Of a DNA stretch of 64,000 bases, positions 30,623 through 40,500 are shown piece by piece. The translations under genes and the position numbers were made by a program. The DNA lies in assembly GCA_023954375.1 (NCBI GenBank), contig JAMLIC010000006.1:82972-146971 (forward strand). The letters are read 5' to 3'. This DNA comes from Planctomycetota bacterium (GTDB taxonomy: Bacteria; Planctomycetota; J058). The stretch's first letter is position 1; every line of letters begins with the position of its first letter. A model generated the notes under the pieces. The model ran no database searches. It saw nothing but the letters and a program-made list of their open reading frames with translations, and was not told the origin of the DNA.

Positions 30623-32589
30623 GCCAGGACGCGGCCGAGCGCGCGCGGCGCTACCTCGTCGAGGGCGACCCGGCCATGGCGCTGGGCGCCGCCGAGGCGG
30701 CCCTGCGCGACGCCGGCCGCGAGGACGCGCTCTCGCTCCGCCTCGCCGCCGCGCGGGCGGCCGCGGCGCTCGGCGACCTCGCCGCGCAGGCCCGGCACCT
30801 CGAGGCGGCCGAGGCGCTCGTCCGCGCCGGGCGCCTCGACGCGCTCGGCCCGGTGCTGGCGCAGCTGGGCGAGCTCCACCTGCGGCGAAACGACCCGGCC
30901 CGCGCGGCGGTGACCCTCGAGGAGGCGCTCGGGCAGCTCCCGGCCGACGACCCGCAGGCCGGGCGCGTGCGCGGCCTCCTCGACGAGGCGCGGGGCCGCG
31001 AGCGCGAGGCGCCGCAGGAGGACGACCCTCCCGCGCCGCCCCCCGCGCCGCCGACGACCGAGGCCGCGGCGCGGCTGCTCGAGATGACCGAGCGCCTCGT
31101 CGAGCAGCAGGCCGACCTCGAGCTCCCGGCGCTCCTCGACCTCGTGCTGGCCGAGCTCGTCAAGGCCGCCGTCGCAGACCGCGGGTTCGTCCTCCTGCGC
31201 GAGCCCGGCGAGGGGCTCGTGATCCGCGCCGCGCGCGACGCCGCCGGCCGGCCGGTCCCGGACCCCGCGCGCGAGGTCTCGCGCAAGATCGCCGAGCGCG
31301 CCGCCGCCGAGCAGGTGGCGCTCCGCGCCGTGCGCCCGGCCGAGGACCCGCGGTTCGCCGGCAGCCGCAGCGCCAAGGCGCTCGACCTGCGCGCGCTCGT
31401 CGCCGCCCCCCTGCGCTACCGGCGGATCGACCTGGGCTGCGTCGTGCTCGACCGGCGCGGCTCGCGCGACGTGGCCTTCGACGACGCGGCCGAGGCCCTC
31501 GTCGACCGCTTCGCCCGCCTGGCCTCGGGCCTGATCGTCCGCGCCCGCCTGCGCGAGGCCGAGCGCCGGCGCGCCGAGGCGCTCCAGGCGCTCTTCGCCC
31601 GCGGCGCCGAGCAGGTTCGCGAGCGCTTCCGCTCGGGCGGGCTCAGGGGCGAGAGCCAGGCCATGTTCGGGCTCCTGCGCCTCCTCGAGCGCGTGGCGCC
31701 GACCGAGGCGCGCGTGCTGATCCGCGGCGAGAGCGGCACCGGCAAGGAGCTCGTCGCCCGCACGATCCACGAGAACTCGCCGCGCCGCGAGGCGCCCTTC
31801 CACGCCGTCAACTGCGCCGCCATGCCGGAGGCCCTCCTCGAGGGCGAGCTCTTCGGCCACGTGCGCGGGGCGTTCACCGGGGCCGAGGGCGACCGCGCGG
31901 GCCTGTTCGAGAGAGCCCACGAGGGGACGCTCTTCCTGGACGAGATCGGCGACGCCTCGCCGCGGCTCCAGGCCGAGCTCCTGCGCGTCCTCCAGGAGGG
32001 CGAGGTGCGGCGGCTGGGCGACGGGTCCGTGCGCAAGGTGGACGTGCGCGTGCTCGCGGCCACGCACCAGGACCTCGAGGCCATGGTCGCCGAGGGCCGC
32101 TTCCGCGAGGACCTCCTCTACCGGCTCAACGTGGTGGTCGTGCGGGTGCCGCCGCTCCGCGAGCGGCCCGAGGACGTGCCGCTCCTCGCCCGGCAGTTCG
32201 AGCGCGAGGCGCGCGAGCTCATGGGCGACCCGTCGCGGGCCACGCCGCTCGACGACGCGAAGCTCTCGGCGCTCGCCGCGCGCCCCTGGCCCGGCAACGT
32301 GCGCGAGCTGAAGAACGTCGTCACGCGCCTGGTCACGCTGGGCGAGCTGGCCGCCTCGTCAGCCGCGGGGCAGGACGCCGCGCCGGCGGCGCCTCTCCGC
32401 GCGCCGCTCGGCGTGCCCGAGGCCGCGCGCCCCGGCGACGACGAGGTGCTCACGCTCGCGGAGGCCGAGCGCCGGGCGATCGTGGCCGCCCTGCGGCGCA
32501 CCGGCGGCGCGCGCCAGGAGGCGGCCGACCTGCTCGAGTGCGCGCGGCGGACGCTCTACACGAAGATCCGGCAGTACGGGCTGGAGTGA
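30619..32589 (+). CDS. Sigma-54-dependent transcriptional activator (helical/TPR-like N-terminus, GAF-like domain, AAA+, HTH)
   Basis: GESGTGKE, GAFTGA, ELFGH, the Arg finger, and a C-terminal Fis-type HTH (ARQEAADLLECARRTLYTKIRQYGL). GTG start at 30619 overlaps the upstream stop. Confidence 0.85.
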   Translation: MSQDAAERARRYLVEGDPAMALGAAEAALRDAGREDALSLRLAAARAAAALGDLAAQARHLEAAEALVRAGRLDALGPVLAQLGELHLRRNDPARAAVTLEEALGQLPADDPQAGRVRGLLDEARGREREAPQEDDPPAPPPAPPTTEAAARLLEMTERLVEQQADLELPALLDLVLAELVKAAVADRGFVLLREPGEGLVIRAARDAAGRPVPDPAREVSRKIAERAAAEQVALRAVRPAEDPRFAGSRSAKALDLRALVAAPLRYRRIDLGCVVLDRRGSRDVAFDDAAEALVDRFARLASGLIVRARLREAERRRAEALQALFARGAEQVRERFRSGGLRGESQAMFGLLRLLERVAPTEARVLIRGESGTGKELVARTIHENSPRREAPFHAVNCAAMPEALLEGELFGHVRGAFTGAEGDRAGLFERAHEGTLFLDEIGDASPRLQAELLRVLQEGEVRRLGDGSVRKVDVRVLAATHQDLEAMVAEGRFREDLLYRLNVVVVRVPPLRERPEDVPLLARQFEREARELMGDPSRATPLDDAKLSALAARPWPGNVRELKNVVTRLVTLGELAASSAAGQDAAPAAPLRAPLGVPEAARPGDDEVLTLAEAERRAIVAALRRTGGARQEAADLLECARRTLYTKIRQYGLE

Positions 32590-32592
32590 CGC

Positions 32593-33219
32593 TCACGCCC
32601 GCCGGTGCCGGTCGCTCGGCGGCCTGAGCCGCTCGCTCGCCCGCCGGGGCGGCTCGATCGCCGGCAGCTCCTGCTTGGTGTCGGCGAGCGAGCGCTGCTC
32701 GAGCTGGCGCAGGGCCTCGGCGCGCTCCTCGAGGTGCTGCCGCTGCCGCTCGAGCAGGGCGGCCGTGCGGGCGAGCTGCTCGCGCTGGTCCTTGAGCGCC
32801 TCGCGCTCCCTGGCGAGCGCCTCATGGACGGCCTGGGCCACGCGGGCCTCGAGCCGGGTCGACACGCGGTCGGCGATCGCCTCGACGAGCCGATCGACCT
32901 GCGTCGGCCCGGCGCGCCGGCGCGGCCGGGGGAGGTCCTCGTCGTCGTCCCAGTCCTGGAGGCCGCCGGCGGGGGACTGGGCGATCCAGGACTCCTCGAG
33001 GGGGTCGGACGCGGTGAGCGGATCGACGCCGGGGCGGCGCGACCGCGGCGGGTCGCGGCCGGCCTCGAGCTGCTCGCGCAGCCGGACCAGCTCTGCCCGC
33101 TCCCGGTCGAGCTGCGCCCGCGCCTGCGCCAGGCTGGAGCGCTCTCGCCGCATGGCCTCCCGGGCGGCGGCGGGCTCGCTGTGCCCTCCGCCGTTGGCCG
33201 GCTCCCCGCGTATGGGCAT
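32593..33219 (-). CDS. Coiled-coil hypothetical protein
   Basis: Helical, Arg/Glu/Leu-rich sequence (ERAELVRLREQLEAG...EREALKDQREQLARTAALLERQRQHLEERAEALRQLEQ). ATG at 33219. Confidence 0.4.
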   Translation of the reverse strand: MPIRGEPANGGGHSEPAAAREAMRRERSSLAQARAQLDRERAELVRLREQLEAGRDPPRSRRPGVDPLTASDPLEESWIAQSPAGGLQDWDDDEDLPRPRRRAGPTQVDRLVEAIADRVSTRLEARVAQAVHEALAREREALKDQREQLARTAALLERQRQHLEERAEALRQLEQRSLADTKQELPAIEPPRRASERLRPPSDRHRRA

Positions 33220-33375
33220 GTCGCGCCTCGTGACGCTTCCTTCCCCGTCTCCCTCGCCAACACGACGCGGGTGCAAGAACGGTTCCGGGCGCCCCGAAGG
33301 CGGCAACCCCGCCCCTCGTGCGGGGCGGTCCTCCCGGGGTGTCGCCAGGGCATCACACCCCGGCGTGCACCGCGT

Positions 33376-35214
33376 TCACGCCTGGGACGGGTCTGAACCC
33401 GTCGCCGGAGCCTCGGGGGCCGGGGCATCGGGGTCGGGCGCCAGCCGCACGCGCCGCCCGGCGCAGACGAGGAGGCCGAGCCCGGCCGCCCCGCAGGCGA
33501 GGGCGAAGGCGTCGCCGAAGCGGACGTAGAAGGAGCGCAGGTCGGTCGTCTCGAGGTCGGCCACGAACGCGCCCTCGACGCCGACGTAGCGGGTCTTCCC
33601 CTTGATCGTCTGCGTGACCTCGTGGTGGACCGCCCCCGTGGGGTCCACGACCAGCGAGACGCCGCGGTTCACGCAGCGCACGACCGGGCGCCGCCCCTCG
33701 ATCGCCCGGAAGACGGCGTGGTCGCGGGCCAGCCCGAGCTCGGCCGTCCGCATCCAGCCCTCGTCCTCCTCGTGGCGCCCGCCGCGCACGAACCAGCCGT
33801 CGTTGGCCGGGCACACGAGCGCGTCGGCGCCCTGGCGCACCCCCTCGCGCAGGAGCTCGGGGAAGGAGATCTCGAAGCAGATGCTCGGCGCCAGCCGGTG
33901 GGCGCCGGCCTGCACCAGCACCTGCCCCTCGCCGGGGGCGAACACCGTGAAGCCCTCGGGGACGAAGCTCTTCACCAGGTCGTGGAGCCAGCCGAGGAGC
34001 AGGGTGTCCTTGCCGGGAATGTACTCGCTCGCCGGGACGAGGTTGATCTTGTCGTAGCGGGCCACGACGCCGGCCTGCGGCGCGACGGCGTAGATCGAGT
34101 TGTGCTCGGGCCCGCCGTCGAGGCCGCGGTCGACGGCGCCGACGAGGATCACGGCGCCGGTCCGGTCGGCGAGGGCCTGGAGCTGCCGCGTCCAGCTCGC
34201 GACCAGCTCCGCGTAGGCCGGCGGCAGCTCCGACAGCCAGCGGTACCAGCCCTTGCGCCCGGCGTCGGTGCGAAGGTCGGGGAGCGGCCACGGCCACATG
34301 GTCTCGCTCCACACGATCGCGTCGACCTTCTCGTCCGCGCGGTGGGCCAGCGTGCGCTCGCTCAGGCGCAGGTTCGTGCGCACGAGGTCGAGGGCGCTGG
34401 CGGGGGCGGCGTCGTCCTTGAGGTTCTGCGGGAAGTCGGGCTGGACGACGAGGACGCGCGGGCCGGGGCGCAGGGCGTCGCGCACCTGCGCCCGCCGCAC
34501 GAGGCCGTAGGTGCAGGCGCTCGCCAGGAGGACGAGCGGGACGGCCGCGTAGACCGCGAGCCGGCGCCGGTCGCGCGCGTCGAGGTCGCGCTCGGCGAGC
34601 ACGCGGGCGCGCACGAGGAGGGCCGCGTCGACGAGCGCGCCGTTGACCAGGAGCACGAGGAAGCTCAGCCCGTAGACCGACGTGACGTCGGCGATCTGGA
34701 TGAGCGTCGTCCGGTCGTGCTGCGAGGCCCCGAGGAGCAGCCACGGGAAGCGGATGATCGGCGTGTTGCCGCGCAGCCACTCGAGCCCGGTGCCCAGCAG
34801 CGGCAGGACGGCCAGGAGCGGCGCCCCCGTGCGGGCGCGGATCCACAGGGCGCCCACGGCGAGGGCCACGCCGTAGAAGCCCTCGAGGAACACCGTGATC
34901 AGCCACCCCTCGGGCGAGACCATGCCGATCCAGGACAGCCCGACGAGGTGATAGAGGAAGGTGACCGCGTAGCTGACGACGAACGCCACCCGCCAGCCCT
35001 GGGTCGCCGCGACGTAGAGCCACGGGACGAGCGCCACCCACGCCAGGAGCCCCAGGTCGAGGGGGTGGAAGCTGGCGAACAGGAGGAGCGCCGAGGCCAG
35101 CGTCGCCCCGTAGGCCCACTGCAGCCGGCCCTCGCGCCCCTCGTCCGCCTGCTCGGTCGCCGTCGTGGCGGTCACGGGGCCGGCCGTCTGCAGGTCGGGA
35201 GAGCTCTGGCTCAC
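33376..35214 (-). CDS. lnt: Apolipoprotein N-acyltransferase
   Basis: Six or seven N-terminal TM helices, a CN-hydrolase domain with the E...K...C triad (ICFEISFPEL), and a C-terminal TM helix. 612 aa. GTG start at 35214. Confidence 0.85.
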   Translation of the reverse strand: MSQSSPDLQTAGPVTATTATEQADEGREGRLQWAYGATLASALLLFASFHPLDLGLLAWVALVPWLYVAATQGWRVAFVVSYAVTFLYHLVGLSWIGMVSPEGWLITVFLEGFYGVALAVGALWIRARTGAPLLAVLPLLGTGLEWLRGNTPIIRFPWLLLGASQHDRTTLIQIADVTSVYGLSFLVLLVNGALVDAALLVRARVLAERDLDARDRRRLAVYAAVPLVLLASACTYGLVRRAQVRDALRPGPRVLVVQPDFPQNLKDDAAPASALDLVRTNLRLSERTLAHRADEKVDAIVWSETMWPWPLPDLRTDAGRKGWYRWLSELPPAYAELVASWTRQLQALADRTGAVILVGAVDRGLDGGPEHNSIYAVAPQAGVVARYDKINLVPASEYIPGKDTLLLGWLHDLVKSFVPEGFTVFAPGEGQVLVQAGAHRLAPSICFEISFPELLREGVRQGADALVCPANDGWFVRGGRHEEDEGWMRTAELGLARDHAVFRAIEGRRPVVRCVNRGVSLVVDPTGAVHHEVTQTIKGKTRYVGVEGAFVADLETTDLRSFYVRFGDAFALACGAAGLGLLVCAGRRVRLAPDPDAPAPEAPATGSDPSQA

Positions 35215-35329
35215 GGGTCGCTGACCTCCGGGTTCGGAGGGATGCTACCCGCCGAGCGCGCCGCGCGGGGCGGCGTTTCGCACAACCTCAGACGGCGAGC
35301 ACGCCTCCCGGGGGCGCCCGCAGCAGCCG

Positions 35330-35490
35330 GCGCAGCTCCTGCGCTCGCGAGGGGGGCGCGATCGGAGCACGTCCCGGACTGGCACGATCTGGCCCGTTCC
35401 GCGCATCCCCATCGCTCGCTCTGGCGGGTCGAGCCCGAGCGGCGGAGAGAAGAGTTCCCAAGCTCTGTGAGTCCTGCATCGGCGAGCGCG
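35330..35490. repeat. Copy C of the dispersed MITE-like repeat
   Basis: Contains gcgctcgcgaggggggcgcgatcggagcacgtcccggactggcacgatctggcccgttccgcgcatccccatcgctcgctctggcg. Its right end gaagagttcccaagctct is a degenerate TIR. Lies in the divergent Lnt / cytochrome c intergenic region. Confidence 0.65.
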
Positions 35491-35695
35491 GGGACCGGAC
35501 GAAGGAGGTCCTGGAAGCCCGAGACAGGATGTGCTGACACGAGTGACCGCCCGGAGGAACATGCGGAGGGCCGCGGCCGTCGTGGGCAACCAGCTGCGGG
35601 TGGGACCGGACGAGCGGGGAGCCCTGGCGCCGCGCCAGACGCAGCGCAGACGGCAGAGGAGGAGGGGGACGGTGTACGACGCGAAGGGCCCGACG

Positions 35696-36502
35696 ATGAG
35701 GCCGAGCTGGCGCTGGGGAGCTGGGCTGCTGGCGGCGGCGGTCGCCTCGACGCTCGCCACGGCGTGGGCGGACGGGGAGGACGCGCCCCCGGCGCCGGCG
35801 ACCGCGCAGGTCACGGTCGGCGGCGCGGAGCTGTACCGGAGCAACTGCCAGGGCTGCCACGGCGCCGCCGGGGCGGGCACCGCGCTGGCGCCCAGCATCG
35901 CGGACGTGTTCACCCGCCGGTCCGAGGCGGAGGTGCGCGGGGTGCTCCAGCAGGGCAGCAAGCTCATGCCCTCCTTCGCTCATCTCTCCGACGCGGAGGT
36001 CGACTCGATCCTGGCCCACGTCACGGGGCGGGACGACGCGAAGGCCGAGGTCCCCTCACCCCGGGCGGAGGGCGTGGCGCTGGGGCAGCGGCTGTTCCGC
36101 AGCAACTGCGCGAGCTGCCACGCGACCGGGCCGGTGAAGGACCCGCCGCCCGGTCCGGCGTCGCTGCTCAACGTGACCCGCCGCTGGTCGCGCGAGCAGA
36201 TCCTGAACGTGATCCGCAACGGCGCCTGCATCATGCCCTCGTTCGGCCACCTGCAGGAGCAGGAGCTCGCCGGGCTCTACGCCTACCTGGAGACGCTCGT
36301 GGACGAGGACGCGCCGCTGCAGCAGGGCGGCTGCGGCGCGGGGGGCCCCTGCGAGAAGGTGAAGCGCGCCATGGCCACGCCTCCGGGCGCCAGGACGCCG
36401 GGCGCCGGGGCCGGCTGCCGGGGCCACGCGGGCGGCGGCTGCGGCGGCAGGGCGCCCCGCATGCCCATGGCGGGCTGCGGCGGCTGCCAGGGCGCGCGCT
36501 AG
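35696..36502 (+). CDS. Di-haem cytochrome c with Cys/Gly-rich C-terminal tail
   Basis: Signal peptide. Two CxxCH sites (CQGCH, CASCH), each with a distal Met (KLMPSF, CIMPSF). The tail is GGCGAGGPCEK...GCRGHAGGGCGG...AGCGGCQGAR. RBS ggaggaggggg precedes the start. The track start at 35531 is an extension. Confidence 0.8.
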   Translation: MRPSWRWGAGLLAAAVASTLATAWADGEDAPPAPATAQVTVGGAELYRSNCQGCHGAAGAGTALAPSIADVFTRRSEAEVRGVLQQGSKLMPSFAHLSDAEVDSILAHVTGRDDAKAEVPSPRAEGVALGQRLFRSNCASCHATGPVKDPPPGPASLLNVTRRWSREQILNVIRNGACIMPSFGHLQEQELAGLYAYLETLVDEDAPLQQGGCGAGGPCEKVKRAMATPPGARTPGAGAGCRGHAGGGCGGRAPRMPMAGCGGCQGAR

Positions 36503-36539
36503 AGGGACTGGCTCCTGGCGGCCTTCGACATCGATCCTG

Positions 36540-36557
36540 GCGACTTCGACCCTGGCG
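36540..36557. terminator. Perfect stem-loop CCTGGC-GGTG-GCCAGG between convergent genes (candidate bidirectional terminator)
   Basis: 6-bp GC-rich stem with a 4-nt loop, about 40 nt after the cytochrome c stop and about 15 nt beyond the stop of the minus-strand small gene. No U-tract; high-GC genomes often lack one. Confidence 0.3.
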
Positions 36558-36572
36558 GTGGCCAGGATCGGG

Positions 36573-36828
36573 TCAAGGGCGCTCGACCTTCTCGTGCTTG
36601 TTGTAGTAGTAGCCCTTGGCCTCCTCCTCGAGGGGGGAGGCGTAGGTGAAGGCCTCGAACTCGAGCGTCTCCACGCTGCCCTTCACCTTCGGGTCCTCGC
36701 TGACGAGGCGGCGCAGGAGCCGGAGGAGCTGCCGCTCCTTCTGCCGGGCGAGCTCGTTCGTCTCCCCGGCGTCGTCGGGGAGCTCGAGGGCGAGCTCGAG
36801 GTTCGCCAGCACCAGCAGCTTGGCCATC
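36573..36828 (-). CDS. Small hypothetical protein (85 aa)
   Basis: MAKLLVLANLELALELPDDAGETNELARQKERQLLRLLRRLVSEDPKVKGSVETLEFEAFTYASPLEEEAKGYYYNKHEKVERP. Unusually low-GC codons for this genome in places. Forms the 3' end of a 1617-aa spurious antisense track ORF. Confidence 0.45.
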
Positions 36829-36959
36829 GGGGGGTCTGCTCCTGCGCCGCGCGGCGCGTGGTCGAGACTACGCTCGACCTGGCCAGGTGGGAATCGACAC
36901 ACCCACTGAGATACAACCTGCCACCGACCGTCACGTGACGGCCACGCCGGAGGACGACC

Positions 36960-37493
36960 ATGGGTTCCCACGAGCACGGCCACCGCCACCCCTCGCCGGC
37001 CGGCGAGCACCGGGCCCGCGGCCCGCGCGCCGTCCGCTGCTTCGCGCTCACGATCTCGGACACGAAGACCGCGGCCGACGACGCGTCGGGCGACCTGATC
37101 CGCCGCCTGGCGCAGGAGGCCGGCCACGAGGTGGTCGGGTCGCGGATCGTCAAGGACGAGCCGGCCCGGATCCACGCGGCGATCCTGGAGGCGATCGGCC
37201 AGGGCGCCCGGGCGGTGATCGCGAGCGGGGGGACGGGCCTCACGTCGCGCGACTCGACCTTCGAGGTGGTCAGCGCCCTGCTCGAGCGGCCGATCCCGGG
37301 CTTCGGCGAGCTGTTCCGCTGGCTCTCGTTCCAGGAGGTCGGCAGCGCCGCCATGATCAGCCGGGCCACGGCCGGCGTCGTCCAGGGGGCGGTCGTGTTC
37401 GCCCTCCCCGGGTCGCCCAACGGCGTGCAGCTCGCGCTCGAGCGGCTGGTGCTGCCGGAGCTGAGCCACCTCCTCGAGCAGCTCGGGCGCTGA
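36960..37493 (+). CDS. moaB: Molybdenum cofactor biosynthesis protein B (MoaB/MogA family)
   Basis: FALTISDTKT...ARAVIASGGTGLTSRDST...GFGELFRWLSF...GSPNG are MoaB signature segments. His-rich N-terminal extension. Confidence 0.8.
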   Translation: MGSHEHGHRHPSPAGEHRARGPRAVRCFALTISDTKTAADDASGDLIRRLAQEAGHEVVGSRIVKDEPARIHAAILEAIGQGARAVIASGGTGLTSRDSTFEVVSALLERPIPGFGELFRWLSFQEVGSAAMISRATAGVVQGAVVFALPGSPNGVQLALERLVLPELSHLLEQLGR

Positions 37494-37553
37494 CCATGTG
37501 ACCCGCGCCTCGTCCTCGCGCGCGCCCCGCCCGCCCTGGTAACGTCCACTCCG

Positions 37554-40500
37554 ATGGCCGCAGGAGTCGAGGCGGGCCCACAGGACTGCTTCGCGCAGCT
37601 CGACCGCGGCGCGCGGCTCGGCGGCTACCGCGTTCGCCGGGTCCTCTCCCGCGGCAACGGCGGGGCGCTCCACCAGGCGAAGGGGCCCGACGGCACGCGG
37701 GTGCTGCTGCGGATCCTCGGCCCGCGCGCGCGGGTCCCCGAGGCGCGCGCCCGCCTGGAGGCCGACCTCGAGCGCCTGGCGCGCGTCGACCACCGGTGCG
37801 TGGCGCGCCTGGTCGGGCGCGCCGAGGACCACTTCGCGCTCGAGCACCCGGGCGGGCTGACCCTCCTCGAGCTGATTCGCCGCGGCAGGCCCTTCGACGC
37901 CGCGGAGGTGGTGTGGATCGGGCACGGGCTGGCGTCCGGGCTGCGGGCCCTGCACGCCGTCGGGCTGTCGCACGGCAACGTGTCGCCGTCGGCGATCCAC
38001 GTCACCGAGGACGGGCCGGTGCTGGTGGACCTGGGCTGGCCCGCGCGGCTGGGCGTGGCGGGCGCCCAGCCCCCGAGCCCGGCCGGCGACGTGCGCGCCC
38101 TCGCGTCGTCGCTGACCTTCGCCGTGGTCGGCGCGCCGTCCGAGCCGAAGGAGCGGGTCCACGTGGCCGGCCTGCCGAAGGAGGTGGCGTCGCTCCTGCG
38201 GGCGGCGCTCGACCCGACGGCGCCGGCGCCGGCCCTGGAGAAGCTGCGCCGCGTCTTCGAGCGGGCCGCCGACGCCCTGGGGCTCCTCGACGGGGCGGGC
38301 GCGCCGGCGACGCTCGGGCGGCGGCTCCGGGAGGCGATCCGCCTGCACGCGTCGGGGGTCTCGTCCGTCTCGGAGGAGGAGGCGTCGTCCGCCGACACCC
38401 ACGTGCCGCTGGCGCCGGGGCCCTCGTCGACGGCGCCGGGGCCGATCGTGCCGCCGCCGCCCCTCCCGCCGGGGCCCGAGGCGGGCACGGCGACCGAGGT
38501 CGAGGCCCCGCCGGAGGTCGTGGCCGCGGCGCGGGAGCCGTCGGTGGCGCCGCTGCAGGTCGAGTCGCTGGCGCTCGACGTCTCGTCCGAGGAGCGCGCG
38601 GCCCTGCCGGAGGGGCCGCCCAGCGCGTTCGCCGAGACGGTCGAGGGGCTCCTCACCGGCGAGCCGCCGCGGATCCGCACGCCCTCGGGCCGGATCGTGC
38701 CGCAGAACCCGTTCGCCTCGGCCGACCTCGTCCTCGACCGGCCCTCGTCGACCGGCTCGCAGGACGGCGCCGCCCCCACCGACCTCGAGCTCCGCCACGG
38801 CCTCGAGCTGATCCACCGCCGCGTGCTCGGCCAGGGCGGCATGGGCGTCGTCCACCTCGTCCTCGACCCGCGCCTCGGCCGGCGCGCCGCCCTCAAGCTC
38901 CTGCGCACGCCGGTCACCCCCTCGCGCGTGCGCCGGTTCCGCCGCGAGACCGTCGTCACGGCGCGCCTCGACCACCCGTGCATCCCCCCGGTCTACGAGG
39001 CCGGCGCGACGCCCTCGGGCACCCACTACCTGCTCATGCGCTTCGTGGAGGGCGAGTCGCTGGCGGAGATCCTGACGCGCCGCCAGGCCGAGGCGCTGGG
39101 CGAGCGGGAGCGCGCCGCCCTGGCGCGCGAGCTCCTGCACGCGCTGGTCAAGGTCGGCGAGGCGGTCGCCTACGCCCACGACAAGGGGATCGTCCACCGC
39201 GACCTCAAGCCGGCGAACATCATGATCGGCGCCTTCGGCGAGGTCCTCGTCATGGACTGGGGCCTCGCCCGCGACCTCCACGAGAGCAGCGACGAGGACG
39301 CCTGGATCCGCACCGAGCTGGGCGTCGCGCCGCCGGCCGAGCCGGCGCCGCCGGCGGCCGGGATCACGCAGGACGGCGCGATCCTCGGCACACCGGGCTA
39401 CCTCGCGCCCGAGCAGGCGCGCGGCGAGGACGTCGACGCGCGCGCCGACGTCTTCTCGCTCGGGGCCGTCCTCTGCGAGATCCTCACCGGCCGCCCGCCG
39501 GTGATCGGCCCGACGACCCTGGCGATCCTCGGGCTCACGCGCGGCGGGGAGGTCGAGTTCCCCCGCCAGCGCTTCGTCGACGTCGACCCGGAGCTCGACG
39601 CGATCGCCCGCAAGGCCCTGGCCCCCGACGCCGAGGCGCGCTACCCGACCGCCGACGCCTTCGCCACCGACCTGCGCAACTACCTCGAGGGGCGCAACGT
39701 CTCCGCCTACCGCTACCGGCCCACCGAGCGGCTGGCGCGGGCGCTGCGGCGCCACCCGGCCATCGTGGCCCTCGCCGCGGCCGCGCTGGTGCTCTGGGGC
39801 CTGACCCACGGCCTCCTCGAGCGCGCGCGGGTCGAGCAGGACAAACTCCGGGCCGAGCAGCGCGAGGAGGTGCGGCGGCGCGTCACCGACCTCCTCGTCG
39901 AGGCCGAGCTCTCGCTCGACGACAAGCGCTACGCCCACGCGCAGACCGTGTTCCTCCAGGCGCTGACGCTCGACGACGGGTCCGAGCGGGCCCGGCAGGG
40001 CCAGGCGCTCGCCGAGCGGCTCGAGGCGGCGGAGCGCCGGCGCGCCGCCGAGGAGGCGGCGCGCCGCCAGGAGGTCGAGCGCAGCCGCCACGAGGCGCAG
40101 CAGGTGAGCGACCTCCTCGCCCGCGGCGCCGCGCTGCTCGCCGCGGGCGACCTCGCCGGCGCCCGGCGGGCCCACGAGCAGGCGCTCGGCTTCGATGACC
40201 AGGCGCTCGCGGCCGCGCGCGACGCCCTGGCGCTCCTCGGCGAGCGCCTCGAGCGCGCCGAGGAGGACGCCCGCGACGCGGCCCAGCGCGCGCGCGACGC
40301 GGAGCAGGCGGCCCGGTTCCTCGAGGCCGGCGGGGCGCACCTCGCCGCCGGCCGCTTCCGCGAGGCGCAGGCGTCGCTCTTCAAGGCCCTGGCCTTCGGC
40401 TCGCCCGACGCCCAGCCGCTCCTCCTCCGCGTCGAGGAGGGGCTGGTCGCGGAGCGCACGCGCGAGGTCCAGGCCGAGCTCGAGCGCCGCGAGGCCGAGC

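Noticed and set aside
33353-35119. 588-aa minus-strand ORF overlapping lnt in another frame
   Set aside because: The overlapping frame 33376..35214 gives a textbook Lnt (TM helices plus CN-hydrolase). This frame gives Arg/Pro-rich nonsense.
35376-35404. Sigma-54 promoter inside the dispersed repeat (TGGCACG-N4-TGGCC)
   Set aside because: The GG...GC spacing is one nt off and the -12 element is GGCC, not TTGCW. Copy B has no downstream gene in the right orientation. I kept it only as a remark within the repeat finding.
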